From: a virus
Taxonomy: Duplodnaviria > Caudoviricetes
Reading direction: 5' to 3' (one strand)
IMG/VR virus record: IMGVR_UViG_3300020045_003390
Location: 15,312-79,311 of that record
Length of the DNA: 64,000 bases
The notes beneath the pieces are model-generated. The model was not told where the DNA came from. It searched no databases and saw only the letters and a list, made by a program, of their open reading frames with translations. A program made the translations under genes and the position numbers. Below are positions 1 through 8,196 of the stretch, piece after piece; position 1 is the first letter of the stretch; each line of letters opens with the position of its first letter.

Positions 1-2
1 GA

Positions 3-356
3 GCTACTTTTGTAACTCTTGAACCTCAAGACGAAGATGGAATGACTACAGACCTTCAGGGAGATTGGTACTCTGAAGAAGAAGTAGCAGAAGCATGTTA
101 CTCATTCAATAAATTCTGCCGTAAGGCAAATCTCTTACACTTAATTGATACCAATGGTTTTCAGTTCATTGAGTCTTATGTTCTACCTACGAAAGCAACC
201 ATCGGTGAAACCCAAGTAAAAAAGGGTAGCTGGGTGCAGACAATCGAAGTTGAAGATGAAGAACGTCACGATTGGATTTGGGAAGGCATTAAGGATGGTA
301 CATTTAACGGATTATCCATTCAGTGCGATGCATATGAAGAATTAATGGAGGACTGA
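3..356 (+). CDS. XkdF-like putative prohead serine protease (5' partial)
   Basis: Frame is open from the window edge: ATFVTLEPQDEDGMTTDLQGDWYSEEEVAEACYSFN...KGSWV...GTFNGLSIQ resembles the XkdF family; lies upstream of scaffold and capsid genes. Confidence 0.75.
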   Translation, partial: ATFVTLEPQDEDGMTTDLQGDWYSEEEVAEACYSFNKFCRKANLLHLIDTNGFQFIESYVLPTKATIGETQVKKGSWVQTIEVEDEERHDWIWEGIKDGTFNGLSIQCDAYEELMED

Positions 357-1297
357 TGGAAAATAAACGAAAAGCAACGCGAAAGCTGAAAGGCTTTGAT
401 TTCTCAAAGAACGGTGCAGCCGTTGCACTAGTAGGCCCATCAGTTGGTGGTCCAGCAAATGGGATTCCTACACTGATTGCTAAGGCGAATAACTTCTCCC
501 CTGAGTTTATTAAGAAAGCTCAAGAAGTTCAGATCACTATGGAACTCCCAGATTTCTTGGAAAAGTTCTTTTACATTTGGGGTGAAGACGCGAAGTTTCT
601 GGCGGGGCTTATGGGTTACGTAGAGCCCCCTGAAGATGAAGTTCAAGAAGCTAAAGATGAATACATGAACTGGGTTGAAGATCGTTTCACATCCTTTAGT
701 ATTATCAAATCCCTGCATGAAGCAAAGAATCTTCCAGAAGCCCTTTCGCAACTGACAGAACAAGATTATTTGGACGTTCTCACCGATCAGGTAGAAATTG
801 AGAAAGCCTTAAAAAGTTTCGATGATAAAAAGTCGGAAGCCTCAACCAAAGTTGAGAAACAAGTTGAGGCCCCCGCCTCTAAGCAAGTAAAGAAAAACAA
901 GGAAAAAGTAATGACCCAAGCCGTTGATATGGTTGAAAAGTCTGAACTTGTTGCATTGCAAAAATCGCTAGAAGATCAGAAAGTCTCTCTGGAGAAAGCG
1001 CTCGCACAAGTCAAACAATTTGAAGAAGAAAAGAAACAAGCAATTGTTAAGTCCAAGACTGATGCTGTCAAGGCTGTGGTCAAAGATGAAAAGCAAGCTG
1101 CTGTGATTGTGAAGGCAGCACTGGCTTTGGAATCGCAAGAAGATTTTGATGCACTGGTTGAAGTGTTCAAGAGCCTGAATGAACTGGTTGAGAAATCGGA
1201 TGCTTTCAAGGAAATCGGTGTATCGGCTGAAGCTGGTGAAACACCAAAAAAGAACGGTGTTCTTGAAATCATCAAGTCGCAACAGTCTAAGAAATAA
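356..1297 (+). CDS. Capsid scaffolding / head assembly protein with coiled-coil C-terminal half
   Basis: Between protease and decoration protein; K/E/A-rich helical C-terminus; internal SD AAGGA (899-903) and ATG at 911. Confidence 0.65.
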   Translation: MENKRKATRKLKGFDFSKNGAAVALVGPSVGGPANGIPTLIAKANNFSPEFIKKAQEVQITMELPDFLEKFFYIWGEDAKFLAGLMGYVEPPEDEVQEAKDEYMNWVEDRFTSFSIIKSLHEAKNLPEALSQLTEQDYLDVLTDQVEIEKALKSFDDKKSEASTKVEKQVEAPASKQVKKNKEKVMTQAVDMVEKSELVALQKSLEDQKVSLEKALAQVKQFEEEKKQAIVKSKTDAVKAVVKDEKQAAVIVKAALALESQEDFDALVEVFKSLNELVEKSDAFKEIGVSAEAGETPKKNGVLEIIKSQQSKK

Positions 1298-1316
1298 ATA
1301 ATACTAGGAGAAAAAT

Positions 1317-1712
1317 ATGGCTACAATCGCTGTTGAAAAATATCGCTACTCTAATCTTGTCAAAGAAGAACTGTGGCACGAAAAGGGCTTCTGCACTAAA
1401 CAAGTAGTTGTTAACGATGCTGCTGCTACATTGGCTTTGGGTACTGTTCTTGGGGTAGTTACTGCTACTGGTAAGTACAAAGTTGCTAAGGAAACTGCTG
1501 TTGACGGTTCTAAAGTCGGGGGTGCTATTGTCGTGGAAGCTATCACGATTCCTGCAACTACTGACACCAAAGTTCTGGTGATGTATCGCGGTCCTGCTGA
1601 AGTCTCCAAGGGTGCTTTGGTAATTGACGCTACCTACAATGACGCTACTAAGCTCGGTGTGCTGTACGCAGACCTTGAAGCTAAGTGGATTCAAGTGTCG
1701 GATTCGATTTAA
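1317..1712 (+). CDS. Head decoration protein (lambda gpD-like)
   Basis: 131 aa beta-rich protein immediately before the MCP; LALGTVLGVVTATGKY pattern typical of the family. Confidence 0.8.
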   Translation: MATIAVEKYRYSNLVKEELWHEKGFCTKQVVVNDAAATLALGTVLGVVTATGKYKVAKETAVDGSKVGGAIVVEAITIPATTDTKVLVMYRGPAEVSKGALVIDATYNDATKLGVLYADLEAKWIQVSDSI

Positions 1713-1742
1713 TTTATAACTACAACAATAAGGAAATAAATC

Positions 1743-2756
1743 ATGGCAATTCGTGATTATGCAGAACCGTTTAAGGTCATTGACCAAACAGAAGCTATTA
1801 TCTCTATCCCTAATCAATGGGGTCTGATCAATGAACTTGGTCTGTTTCAACAAGAGGGTGTTACACAGCACACTGTTTCTGTTGAAAGCCAAAATGGTAC
1901 TTTGGCTCTGATTGGTGATACCAAACGTGGCACCCGCAATCAAGTCAATAAAGATGACCTCCGTACTATCCGTACTTTCGCTATTCCTAACTTCTCTGTG
2001 GATGATGCAGTGTTCCCTGAAGATGTGCAAGGTCAACGTGCTTACGGTAGTGACAATCCTGATACTACCGATGCTGTTATGGCTCGTAAGCTAGGCCGTC
2101 TGCGTCAGAACCACGCTGCTACTCTGGAGTATGCTCGTGCTCAAGCAATCTGTACTGGTGGTGTGTATGCCCCCAATGGTACTGTTGTTGCACAGAATGC
2201 ATACACTGAGTTCGGTGTTGCCCGTAAAGAAGTTGACTTCGTATTTGGTACTGCTACCACGGATATGATTGCTAAGGGTGAAGAAGGACTGGCTCATATC
2301 CAAGACAATATCCAAACTGGTGATGTTGTTAATCGTATGGTTGCACTTTGCTCTCCGGGCTTCTTTGGTAAGCTGATTGCTCATGCTACCATCAAAGACG
2401 CTTACAGATTCTACACAAGTTCTCAGGAACCTCTGCGTAATCGCCTTGGCTCTGGTCTGTATCGCAGGTTTGAGTTTGGTGGCGTTGAATACATTGAATA
2501 TCGTGGCAGCTACGCTGGTAGCGCACTGATTACCGCTGGCGAAGCATTCCTTATGCCTGTCGGTGTGATGGATATGTTCAAGACGTTCAATAGCCCAGCT
2601 AACAAGTTTGGCTCTGTGAACGCAACTGGTGAACCGCTGTATGCTTTCACTTACTATGATCCGAGAGATGAGAAAATTGCTATTCAAACGGAACAAAATA
2701 TGATGAATCTCGTGACACGTCCGCAAGGCGTGGTCCGTTTGTTCTCTACAACGTAA
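1743..2756 (+). CDS. Major capsid protein (lambda gpE-like family)
   Basis: 337 aa; LGLFQQEGV, H-x-x-T-x-E-x-x-R-x-Q-A-I and FEFGGVEYIEY patterns; strong RBS; followed by a terminator. Confidence 0.9.
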   Translation: MAIRDYAEPFKVIDQTEAIISIPNQWGLINELGLFQQEGVTQHTVSVESQNGTLALIGDTKRGTRNQVNKDDLRTIRTFAIPNFSVDDAVFPEDVQGQRAYGSDNPDTTDAVMARKLGRLRQNHAATLEYARAQAICTGGVYAPNGTVVAQNAYTEFGVARKEVDFVFGTATTDMIAKGEEGLAHIQDNIQTGDVVNRMVALCSPGFFGKLIAHATIKDAYRFYTSSQEPLRNRLGSGLYRRFEFGGVEYIEYRGSYAGSALITAGEAFLMPVGVMDMFKTFNSPANKFGSVNATGEPLYAFTYYDPRDEKIAIQTEQNMMNLVTRPQGVVRLFSTT

Positions 2757-2762
2757 GTAACT

Positions 2763-2784
2763 GGGTTCTAATGAACCCTTTCTT
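2763..2784 (+). terminator. Intrinsic terminator after MCP
   Basis: GGGTTC-TAAT-GAACCC followed by TTTCTT. Confidence 0.7.
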
Positions 2785-2849
2785 ACTGCAGAATCTTGTA
2801 ACAACAGGGTTCTGTGTTAAGAAAATATAACCAAACAAAGGAGCCTACG

Positions 2850-3272
2850 ATGGCCTTAACAGACATAGCTAAGCTTCGAATTGAGATTGGTGACACAGAC
2901 GTAAGTTTCCCAATCCTAGATGATACGTCCTATGACTATTTTCTCAGTAAGCACAGTAACAACATCCCCCGTGCAGCCTTAGACGCAGCAAGAGCTATCT
3001 TGTTTCAGTTGTCTACAATGAACTCTGAAACAGTTTCTATCTTTAGTGTAAAGAATACTTCTGCTGAGGCATATCGTCAAGCACTGTTACTCTATATCAA
3101 AGATCAGAATTTGAATCCGCTGTATCAGAACTTGAAGGGCTACTTTGGCGGTGTCTCCATTACTGACATGGGGGCCAACGTAAACAACACAGACAACAAC
3201 ATTGTACAGAATCCCGGTAAGACTGATGAGTTGTACCAAACAGGTCCGTTTACTCTTGGGAGTAGATTCTGA
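2850..3272 (+). CDS. Head-tail adaptor protein
   Basis: Follows MCP; LRIEIGDTD...ILDD..Y..FL pattern; RBS AAGGAG before ATG 2850. Confidence 0.65.
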   Translation: MALTDIAKLRIEIGDTDVSFPILDDTSYDYFLSKHSNNIPRAALDAARAILFQLSTMNSETVSIFSVKNTSAEAYRQALLLYIKDQNLNPLYQNLKGYFGGVSITDMGANVNNTDNNIVQNPGKTDELYQTGPFTLGSRF

Positions 3273-3625
3273 TGGATTGGTCTGTACGAGCCACTAAACG
3301 TGCCTTAGAGCGTCACGGACAGCTTCTCCCTTACTCTACCATCACCCGAACCGTAGACCATATCCTAGGCTCTGCTAGTGAGGTTGTAACGACTACCAGC
3401 CTGAAGATTTATCCAGAGCCATTAGTCGCCAATCAGTACAACTACCCTACGCTTGTAGGTAAGCAAACTGTAATGTTCTATCTTGCTGCTGACGGTCTAC
3501 TCTTTACGCCTAAGCCTTCTGATGAGATTACTTATCAAGGTGAAGTATACAGGGTTAATTCTTATCAAGCATTTACAGCTCACGGCAAGACTATTCTCTA
3601 CAAGCTGCTTGGTGTGAAAGGCTAG
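3272..3625 (+). CDS. Head closure / stopper protein
   Basis: Synteny; C-terminal PKPSDEITYQGEVYRV beta pattern. Confidence 0.55.
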   Translation: MDWSVRATKRALERHGQLLPYSTITRTVDHILGSASEVVTTTSLKIYPEPLVANQYNYPTLVGKQTVMFYLAADGLLFTPKPSDEITYQGEVYRVNSYQAFTAHGKTILYKLLGVKG

Positions 3626-3626
3626 C

Positions 3627-4118
3627 ATGATTTCTGTTGACGTATCAAAGGTACTAGAAGAATTAAAAGCATACCATCAGGATACTGTCCGCAGACTCGA
3701 AAATATGGTGAAGGGTTTCTCTTACATCATATCCAAGACTGCTATTGAGAACACTCCACTTGGTGATGCGGAAACATACTTCAAGTTGTACGAACTAAGG
3801 CAAGGTAGAACTGGACTTGAACCAACAGAAGGCTTTGCAAGAGGTTCTTGGCAAGTTAATACTTCTGGTCAGTTCAGTATGCAAGCCTTCTACGGTGCTA
3901 ACTCCGGTAGTGAAGCCCTTTCGTTAGTACAGTCTGATCTTGGTAGTTACAAACTTGGTGATACTGTCTTTGTTGGTAACAAAGGTTTCTACATCAAACA
4001 ACTTGAAAACAATTACAGTTCTCAGACGAACAATCTTGGTATCATGCAACCCACATTGGACAGCATCATGCAAACATACCAAGTTGATCTTGTCAGATTA
4101 TTTAATGAAACCTCTTAA
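3627..4118 (+). CDS. Neck / tail completion protein (HK97 gp10-like)
   Basis: TPLGD...GFARGSWQV...VFVGNKGFYIKQLE pattern; synteny. Confidence 0.6.
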   Translation: MISVDVSKVLEELKAYHQDTVRRLENMVKGFSYIISKTAIENTPLGDAETYFKLYELRQGRTGLEPTEGFARGSWQVNTSGQFSMQAFYGANSGSEALSLVQSDLGSYKLGDTVFVGNKGFYIKQLENNYSSQTNNLGIMQPTLDSIMQTYQVDLVRLFNETS

Positions 4119-4138
4119 CAAAAATTAACTTTTAAACA

Positions 4139-4216
4139 TTGGATAGGCTGATCCCCGAAAAGACGATTCATCACCGTCCTGCCAATTGTTCTTTGTGATG
4201 CATTTTCTTGATGAGG
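4139..4216 (+). ncRNA. Putative structured cis-regulatory RNA leader of homing endonuclease 1
   Basis: Stem TTGG(A)TAG/CTGCCAA encloses a small hairpin, GAAAAG and hairpin GACG/CGTC; its loop TCATCAC is complementary to downstream GTGATG and TGATGA(GG). Confidence 0.5.
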
Positions 4217-4227
4217 AAATAATAAAA

Positions 4228-5040
4228 ATGAAAAATGATTATTACGTGTATCTGCATAAGACTTTGGATGGTAAGGTGTTTTATGTGGGTAAAGGGAGAA
4301 ATAAGAGGGCTTGGCAGAAGTTTAATAGAGGTAGAGGGTGGACTGAAGTTTCTTCCAATGGATATTCTATTGAGATGTACGCTGGAAACTTATTTGAAAA
4401 AGATGCATTAGCTATTGAGCGCGGGTTAATTGAAACCCTCCCCAATCTGGTAAATATAAGAGCACTTAGTAGTGTAGAGTTTGATGATTATTCAGAATAT
4501 TTTGAATATGATTCAAACTCTCCTAGTGGGTTGACGCGAATCAAAGGTGTATTCACCGGAAGGTATGAACAAGGTAAACTTGGGCATTGTGGTTTAAAGG
4601 TAAAGCGTTCATGTGGTGGGCAACACTGGATGATCAAATTTAAAAACAGAAATACACAAATACATAGGATCATATGGCAACTAGTTAATGGGAAAATCCC
4701 TGAAGGTTACGTTGTCGATCATATTAATGGTGATTCTCTGAATAATAATATCTTAAATCTCAGGGTAGTGGAAAAAGTTAAAAACAGTCGAAACACAAGG
4801 AAACGTAAAAATAACACTAGTGGTGTAGTAGGGGTTACTTTAATTGTAAACATTAAAAGGAATTCTGCCATGTGGCAGGCATTCTTTAAGGACTTAAGTG
4901 GTAAACAAACTAGTAAATGTTTCTCAATTGCTAAACTTGGTTACGATGAAGCTTTCCGCTTAGCCTGTGAATGGCGTGTAGAACAAATCAGACTTCTAAA
5001 CGAACAAGGCGCGGGTTACACATCACGCCACGGAATATAA
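4228..5040 (+). CDS. Free-standing homing endonuclease (GIY-YIG-like N-terminus + HNH + AP2-like C-terminus)
   Basis: YYVYLHK...VFYVGKG; IHRIIW...VDHINGDSLNNNILNLR; NNTSGVVGV...FSIAKLGYDEAFRLACEWR. Confidence 0.85.
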   Translation: MKNDYYVYLHKTLDGKVFYVGKGRNKRAWQKFNRGRGWTEVSSNGYSIEMYAGNLFEKDALAIERGLIETLPNLVNIRALSSVEFDDYSEYFEYDSNSPSGLTRIKGVFTGRYEQGKLGHCGLKVKRSCGGQHWMIKFKNRNTQIHRIIWQLVNGKIPEGYVVDHINGDSLNNNILNLRVVEKVKNSRNTRKRKNNTSGVVGVTLIVNIKRNSAMWQAFFKDLSGKQTSKCFSIAKLGYDEAFRLACEWRVEQIRLLNEQGAGYTSRHGI

Positions 5041-5054
5041 TAAGAAGGGTAAGA

Positions 5055-5462
5055 ATGAGTATTATTATAGCCCAGACAGCAGTACGAAGAAGACTTGCCG
5101 CTCTTACCCCTTCCTTACCAACAGCGTTTGAGGGTATACCTTTTACAGCGCCTACAGGGATGTATCAAAGATTGCAGTTCGTGATTAGTCCTCCGACTGA
5201 TCCTACTTTTGGTACTTATTTCTACAGAGAGAATATTCAAGTTCAGATATTCGTAGCTGACAAACTTGACGTTGGAACCGCTGGAGCAATTGTTAGGGCA
5301 CAACTAATCAGAGATTGGTTTCACAAGGGTTTGACGTTAGAAGAAAGCGGAGTTCGTATGCATGTACTGAGAACTCCTCAAATCGCTGGTGCAACGGTTA
5401 CTAGTGATAGGATTATTGTTCCTGTACTTATCCCTCTTACTGTGGAAGTGTACAACCAATAA
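5055..5462 (+). CDS. Tail terminator protein (DUF4128-like)
   Basis: Just before the tail tube; QVQIF...GTAGAIVRAQLIRDWFHKGLTL pattern; ATG 5055 after AAGGG. Confidence 0.7.
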   Translation: MSIIIAQTAVRRRLAALTPSLPTAFEGIPFTAPTGMYQRLQFVISPPTDPTFGTYFYRENIQVQIFVADKLDVGTAGAIVRAQLIRDWFHKGLTLEESGVRMHVLRTPQIAGATVTSDRIIVPVLIPLTVEVYNQ

Positions 5463-5551
5463 ATACGCCTTTGGCGATGAGGAAAGCTTTGCTGTCCGAA
5501 GACCGCAGGGTGTGATAATTATTTTGCAAAATAATAAACAAGGAAATTAAA

Positions 5552-6763
5552 ATGGCAATTGCTAAAGGTGTATCGAAATTAGTGGCGGTAAAAAAAGAGA
5601 CTACATGGGGGACTCCTGCAGGAGCTTCTGGAGCTAAGTTGCTCCGTCGAGTTACTGCTGATTTTAATCTCGTAAAGGAAAATTATGAGTCCGGAGAAAT
5701 AAATCCTTCATTCCAAACAATTGACTCACGTCACGGTGTCCGCAGTGTAGAAGGTTCTCTGGAAGCTGAACTTTCTCCAGGTACTTATTCAGATTTTATT
5801 GGTTCTATTCTCGCCAAGGATTTCGCTGTTGGTGGTACTACTTCTGGCGCTTCATTGACTGTTGCAGCTTCTGGCTCATTCTACACCATTACTCGGGCTG
5901 CTGGCTCATGGCTGACTGATGGCTTCTTTGTTGGCAATATTGTTCGTTTGACCGGAGCAGGTTTTGCTCCTGCAAACGTTGGCAATAACATTTTGATCGT
6001 TAGCTTGACAGCGTTGGTCGCTACTGTAGTGCTGCTGTCCGGTACACCGCTAGTTGCAGAAGGCCCTATCGCTACTGCTGGCATGTCCGCAATTGGCAAG
6101 CAATCGTATGTGCCTCTCACTGGTCATACTGATGATAGTTATACAGTTGAACAATACTTCAGTGATATTTCTCAGTCTGAAGTTTACACAGGTCTTAAAC
6201 CAAGTTCAATTGCTCTGTCACTGCCCTCTACCGGGTTGGTCACAGCATCTCTCTCGTTCGCTGGTAAAGACTTGACCCAAACTGGTACTTCGCAATATTT
6301 TACATCACCAACTCCGACAAATACCGAAGGTATCTTCGCTGCTGTGTCCGGTGCTGTGGTTGTGAATGGTGCACCTATTGGTTTGATCACCAGTATGGAT
6401 ATGGATATTTCTCGCAATCAGGAAGTTGCAAATGTCGTCGGGTCTAATTCCGCTGCTGCTATCTTCGTGGGTCGTGTAACCGTAAGTGGTTCACTTTCCG
6501 TGTACTTCCAAGATGCTGTTTTCCGGGACTACTTTGACGATGAAGCTAAGATTAGCCTTGTTGTTGCTTTGACTACTGGGATTGAAAAAACTGCATCAGC
6601 AATGTCCTTTACAATGGGCAAGGTTAAAGTCAACGGTTCGTCAAAAGCAGATGCGGAACTCGGTTTGATCCAATCTATGGATTTCCAAGCATTGCAGAAT
6701 GACGTTACTACTGGTGGCTTGGTGGCGAGTACTATTCTGGTTCAGGATACTACGCTTGTTTGA
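5552..6763 (+). CDS. Major tail tube protein with inserted beta domain
   Basis: 403 aa; KETTWGTP, YTVEQYFSDI, GRVTVSGSLSVYFQD patterns; no sheath gene nearby. Confidence 0.85.
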   Translation: MAIAKGVSKLVAVKKETTWGTPAGASGAKLLRRVTADFNLVKENYESGEINPSFQTIDSRHGVRSVEGSLEAELSPGTYSDFIGSILAKDFAVGGTTSGASLTVAASGSFYTITRAAGSWLTDGFFVGNIVRLTGAGFAPANVGNNILIVSLTALVATVVLLSGTPLVAEGPIATAGMSAIGKQSYVPLTGHTDDSYTVEQYFSDISQSEVYTGLKPSSIALSLPSTGLVTASLSFAGKDLTQTGTSQYFTSPTPTNTEGIFAAVSGAVVVNGAPIGLITSMDMDISRNQEVANVVGSNSAAAIFVGRVTVSGSLSVYFQDAVFRDYFDDEAKISLVVALTTGIEKTASAMSFTMGKVKVNGSSKADAELGLIQSMDFQALQNDVTTGGLVASTILVQDTTLV

Positions 6764-6792
6764 TTGACATAATCTAAAACCTCTGTTATAAT
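6764..6792 (+). promoter_or_regulatory. Consensus sigma70 promoter
   Basis: TTGACA-17 nt-TATAAT with TG extension. Confidence 0.85.
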
Positions 6793-6826
6793 CCTCCTTT
6801 AGCTCGACGGCTTTAGGGGGATTTTT
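6791..6826 (+). terminator. Intrinsic terminator after tail tube
   Basis: ATCCTCCT...AGGGGGAT stem followed by a T-tract. Confidence 0.65.
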
Positions 6827-6850
6827 CATTTGTACTGCTGAATAATTCTC

Positions 6851-6879
6851 TTGTAAAAGCGGGGGATGTATGTTATAAT
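6851..6879 (+). promoter_or_regulatory. Second sigma70-like promoter
   Basis: TTGTAA-17 nt-TATAAT with TG extension. Confidence 0.7.
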
Positions 6880-6920
6880 AGAGTCTAGATAGATAATAAA
6901 ATCTAGTCATCTAATCACTT

Positions 6921-6952
6921 AAGCCCTTCGCTTTTAGTCAAGGGCTTTTGTT
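6921..6952 (+). terminator. Terminator-like hairpin upstream of tail chaperone
   Basis: AAGCCCTT/AAGGGCTT stem followed by TTGTT. Confidence 0.5.
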
Positions 6953-6979
6953 CGTTATAACAAAGAAAGGAAAATAAAT

Positions 6980-7387
6980 ATGGCACTTGATCTTGCAAAG
7001 ACCAATATCGCAGCAGAGGCTGAGTCTGGTTATGAATTTGAATTGTTGCATCCTGCAACTGGAGAGGGTACTGAGGGTTTCGTCAAAATCCGAGGTGAGA
7101 AATCCAAGGTTGTTCAGACTCATGCCCGTAAAGTAGTTACCGAAATGCAGAAGCGTGAAAAAGTAGCTAAGGGCAAAAACAAAGAAGTTGAACTCTCGAT
7201 TGAGGAATTGGAAGACATGGCTATTGATCGTGCATTTGTCCGCATTATCTCTTGGCGTGGTATTCAGGAAGATGGTGTTGATATTCCGTTTAACCGTGAA
7301 AATGCAGAGCGTGTACTGAAAGAACACCCGTGGATTCGGGAAATCGTGATGGAGGAGTCTGGAACGCTCCTCAACTTTCGACTCTGA
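6980..7387 (+). CDS. Tail assembly chaperone (gpG-like)
   Basis: Between tail tube and tape measure; FELLHPATGE, IISWRGI, NAERVLKEHPWIREIV. Confidence 0.85.
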   Translation: MALDLAKTNIAAEAESGYEFELLHPATGEGTEGFVKIRGEKSKVVQTHARKVVTEMQKREKVAKGKNKEVELSIEELEDMAIDRAFVRIISWRGIQEDGVDIPFNRENAERVLKEHPWIREIVMEESGTLLNFRL

Positions 7388-7760
7388 AGACTTAGAACAA
7401 GCCTTAGCCTACGCAAAACAAGAGTTCCAACTGTCAGAGACTCAACCAGACGGTAATACCCTAAAAGATGCTTTACTGAATGTACAGCGTCAAATAGGTA
7501 GAGTCCCTAAAGAGTTAGAAGACTTGGTTGAGTTACCTGAATGTATGCAGGAGTACTGGTCATGGTTTCTACGGCTCTCCAATCGTAGGCCTTCAGGAAT
7601 GGGAGTATCAGCAATTTCTTACGTTGAGATGCTTGCATTCTTTCAGCTCATTGGTGTTGTTCCTGAAAGCTACGAAATTGAAGTGCTTGAAGCATTCGAT
7701 AAGGTAGCTTTGAAGCATTACTCCAAGCAACAGAAAAAAGAACAAAAGGAGGCTAAGTAG
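7380..7760 (+). CDS. gpT-like extension of tail chaperone, reached by a +1 frameshift
   Basis: +1 frame open 7350-7760 with no ATG until deep inside; LPECMQEYWSWFLRLSNRRPSGMG-ISYVEM is typical of gpT-like segments. Confidence 0.7.
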   Translation, partial: DSEDLEQALAYAKQEFQLSETQPDGNTLKDALLNVQRQIGRVPKELEDLVELPECMQEYWSWFLRLSNRRPSGMGVSAISYVEMLAFFQLIGVVPESYEIEVLEAFDKVALKHYSKQQKKEQKEAK

Positions 7761-7785
7761 GAATTGCCCCGAAAGGGGCGTTCTT
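7761..7785. terminator. GNRA-capped hairpin terminator between convergent genes
   Basis: GCCCC-GAAA-GGGGC with T-rich flank. Confidence 0.7.
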
Positions 7786-7820
7786 AATGTGTAGTTTATT
7801 CATAGACTGCAAATTAAGGG

Positions 7821-8120
7821 TTATTGCTGTGTCATACAACGAAGAAGTGACAGCTTGCGTAAGAGGTCATCAGACAAATCTTTTCGGTTGTAGGTCCAGT
7901 ACAGGCGTTCTACAAAATCAGCCTTTGCTTCTGGCGTGTTGTCAGATTTCTCAATGACACCAATCAGGTGCTGAAGGACACTTGGGTGTTTCTGCAGAAG
8001 CTGCTTTGCGACTACATCTGTTTCTGCTTTGCGATAGCAAAGTTCTTCACCCCCAATTGCAAAAGTTGCTGTTGAGGTGATCAGTGTAAGTGCAAGCGCA
8101 ACGGTCTTAATAAAGTTCAT
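7821..8120 (-). CDS. Antisense moron: 99-aa exported protein
   Basis: Signal peptide MNFIKTVALALTLITSTATFA; two Cys; RBS AAGGAG; own promoter. Confidence 0.75.
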   Translation of the reverse strand: MNFIKTVALALTLITSTATFAIGGEELCYRKAETDVVAKQLLQKHPSVLQHLIGVIEKSDNTPEAKADFVERLYWTYNRKDLSDDLLRKLSLLRCMTQQ

Positions 8121-8153
8121 TTGAAAACTCCTTAGTTGGTGAATGAAGCCTAA

Positions 8154-8182
8154 ATCATAAACGACAACTTCTACGTTGTCAA
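8154..8182 (-). promoter_or_regulatory. sigma70 promoter of moron with overlapping inverted repeat
   Basis: TTGACA-17 nt-TATGAT on - strand; GACAAC-N6-GTTGTC at 8163-8180. Confidence 0.8.
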
Positions 8183-8196
8183 CACAAATTTTGTTG

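Noticed and set aside
440-2804. Long antisense ORFs over head genes (for example 1287-2036, 2091-2804)
   Set aside because: Shadow frames of strongly biased structural genes; no RBS or recognisable motif.
5473-5520. Fluoride (crcB) riboswitch or hammerhead ribozyme suggested by GGCGATGAG...GAAA
   Set aside because: The complementary TCGCC/GACTCC segments of crcB and the CUGAUGA core plus three stems of hammerhead are absent.
6980-7387. Canonical -1 slippery heptamer in tail chaperone
   Set aside because: No X XXY YYZ site leads to the downstream frame, which is +1.
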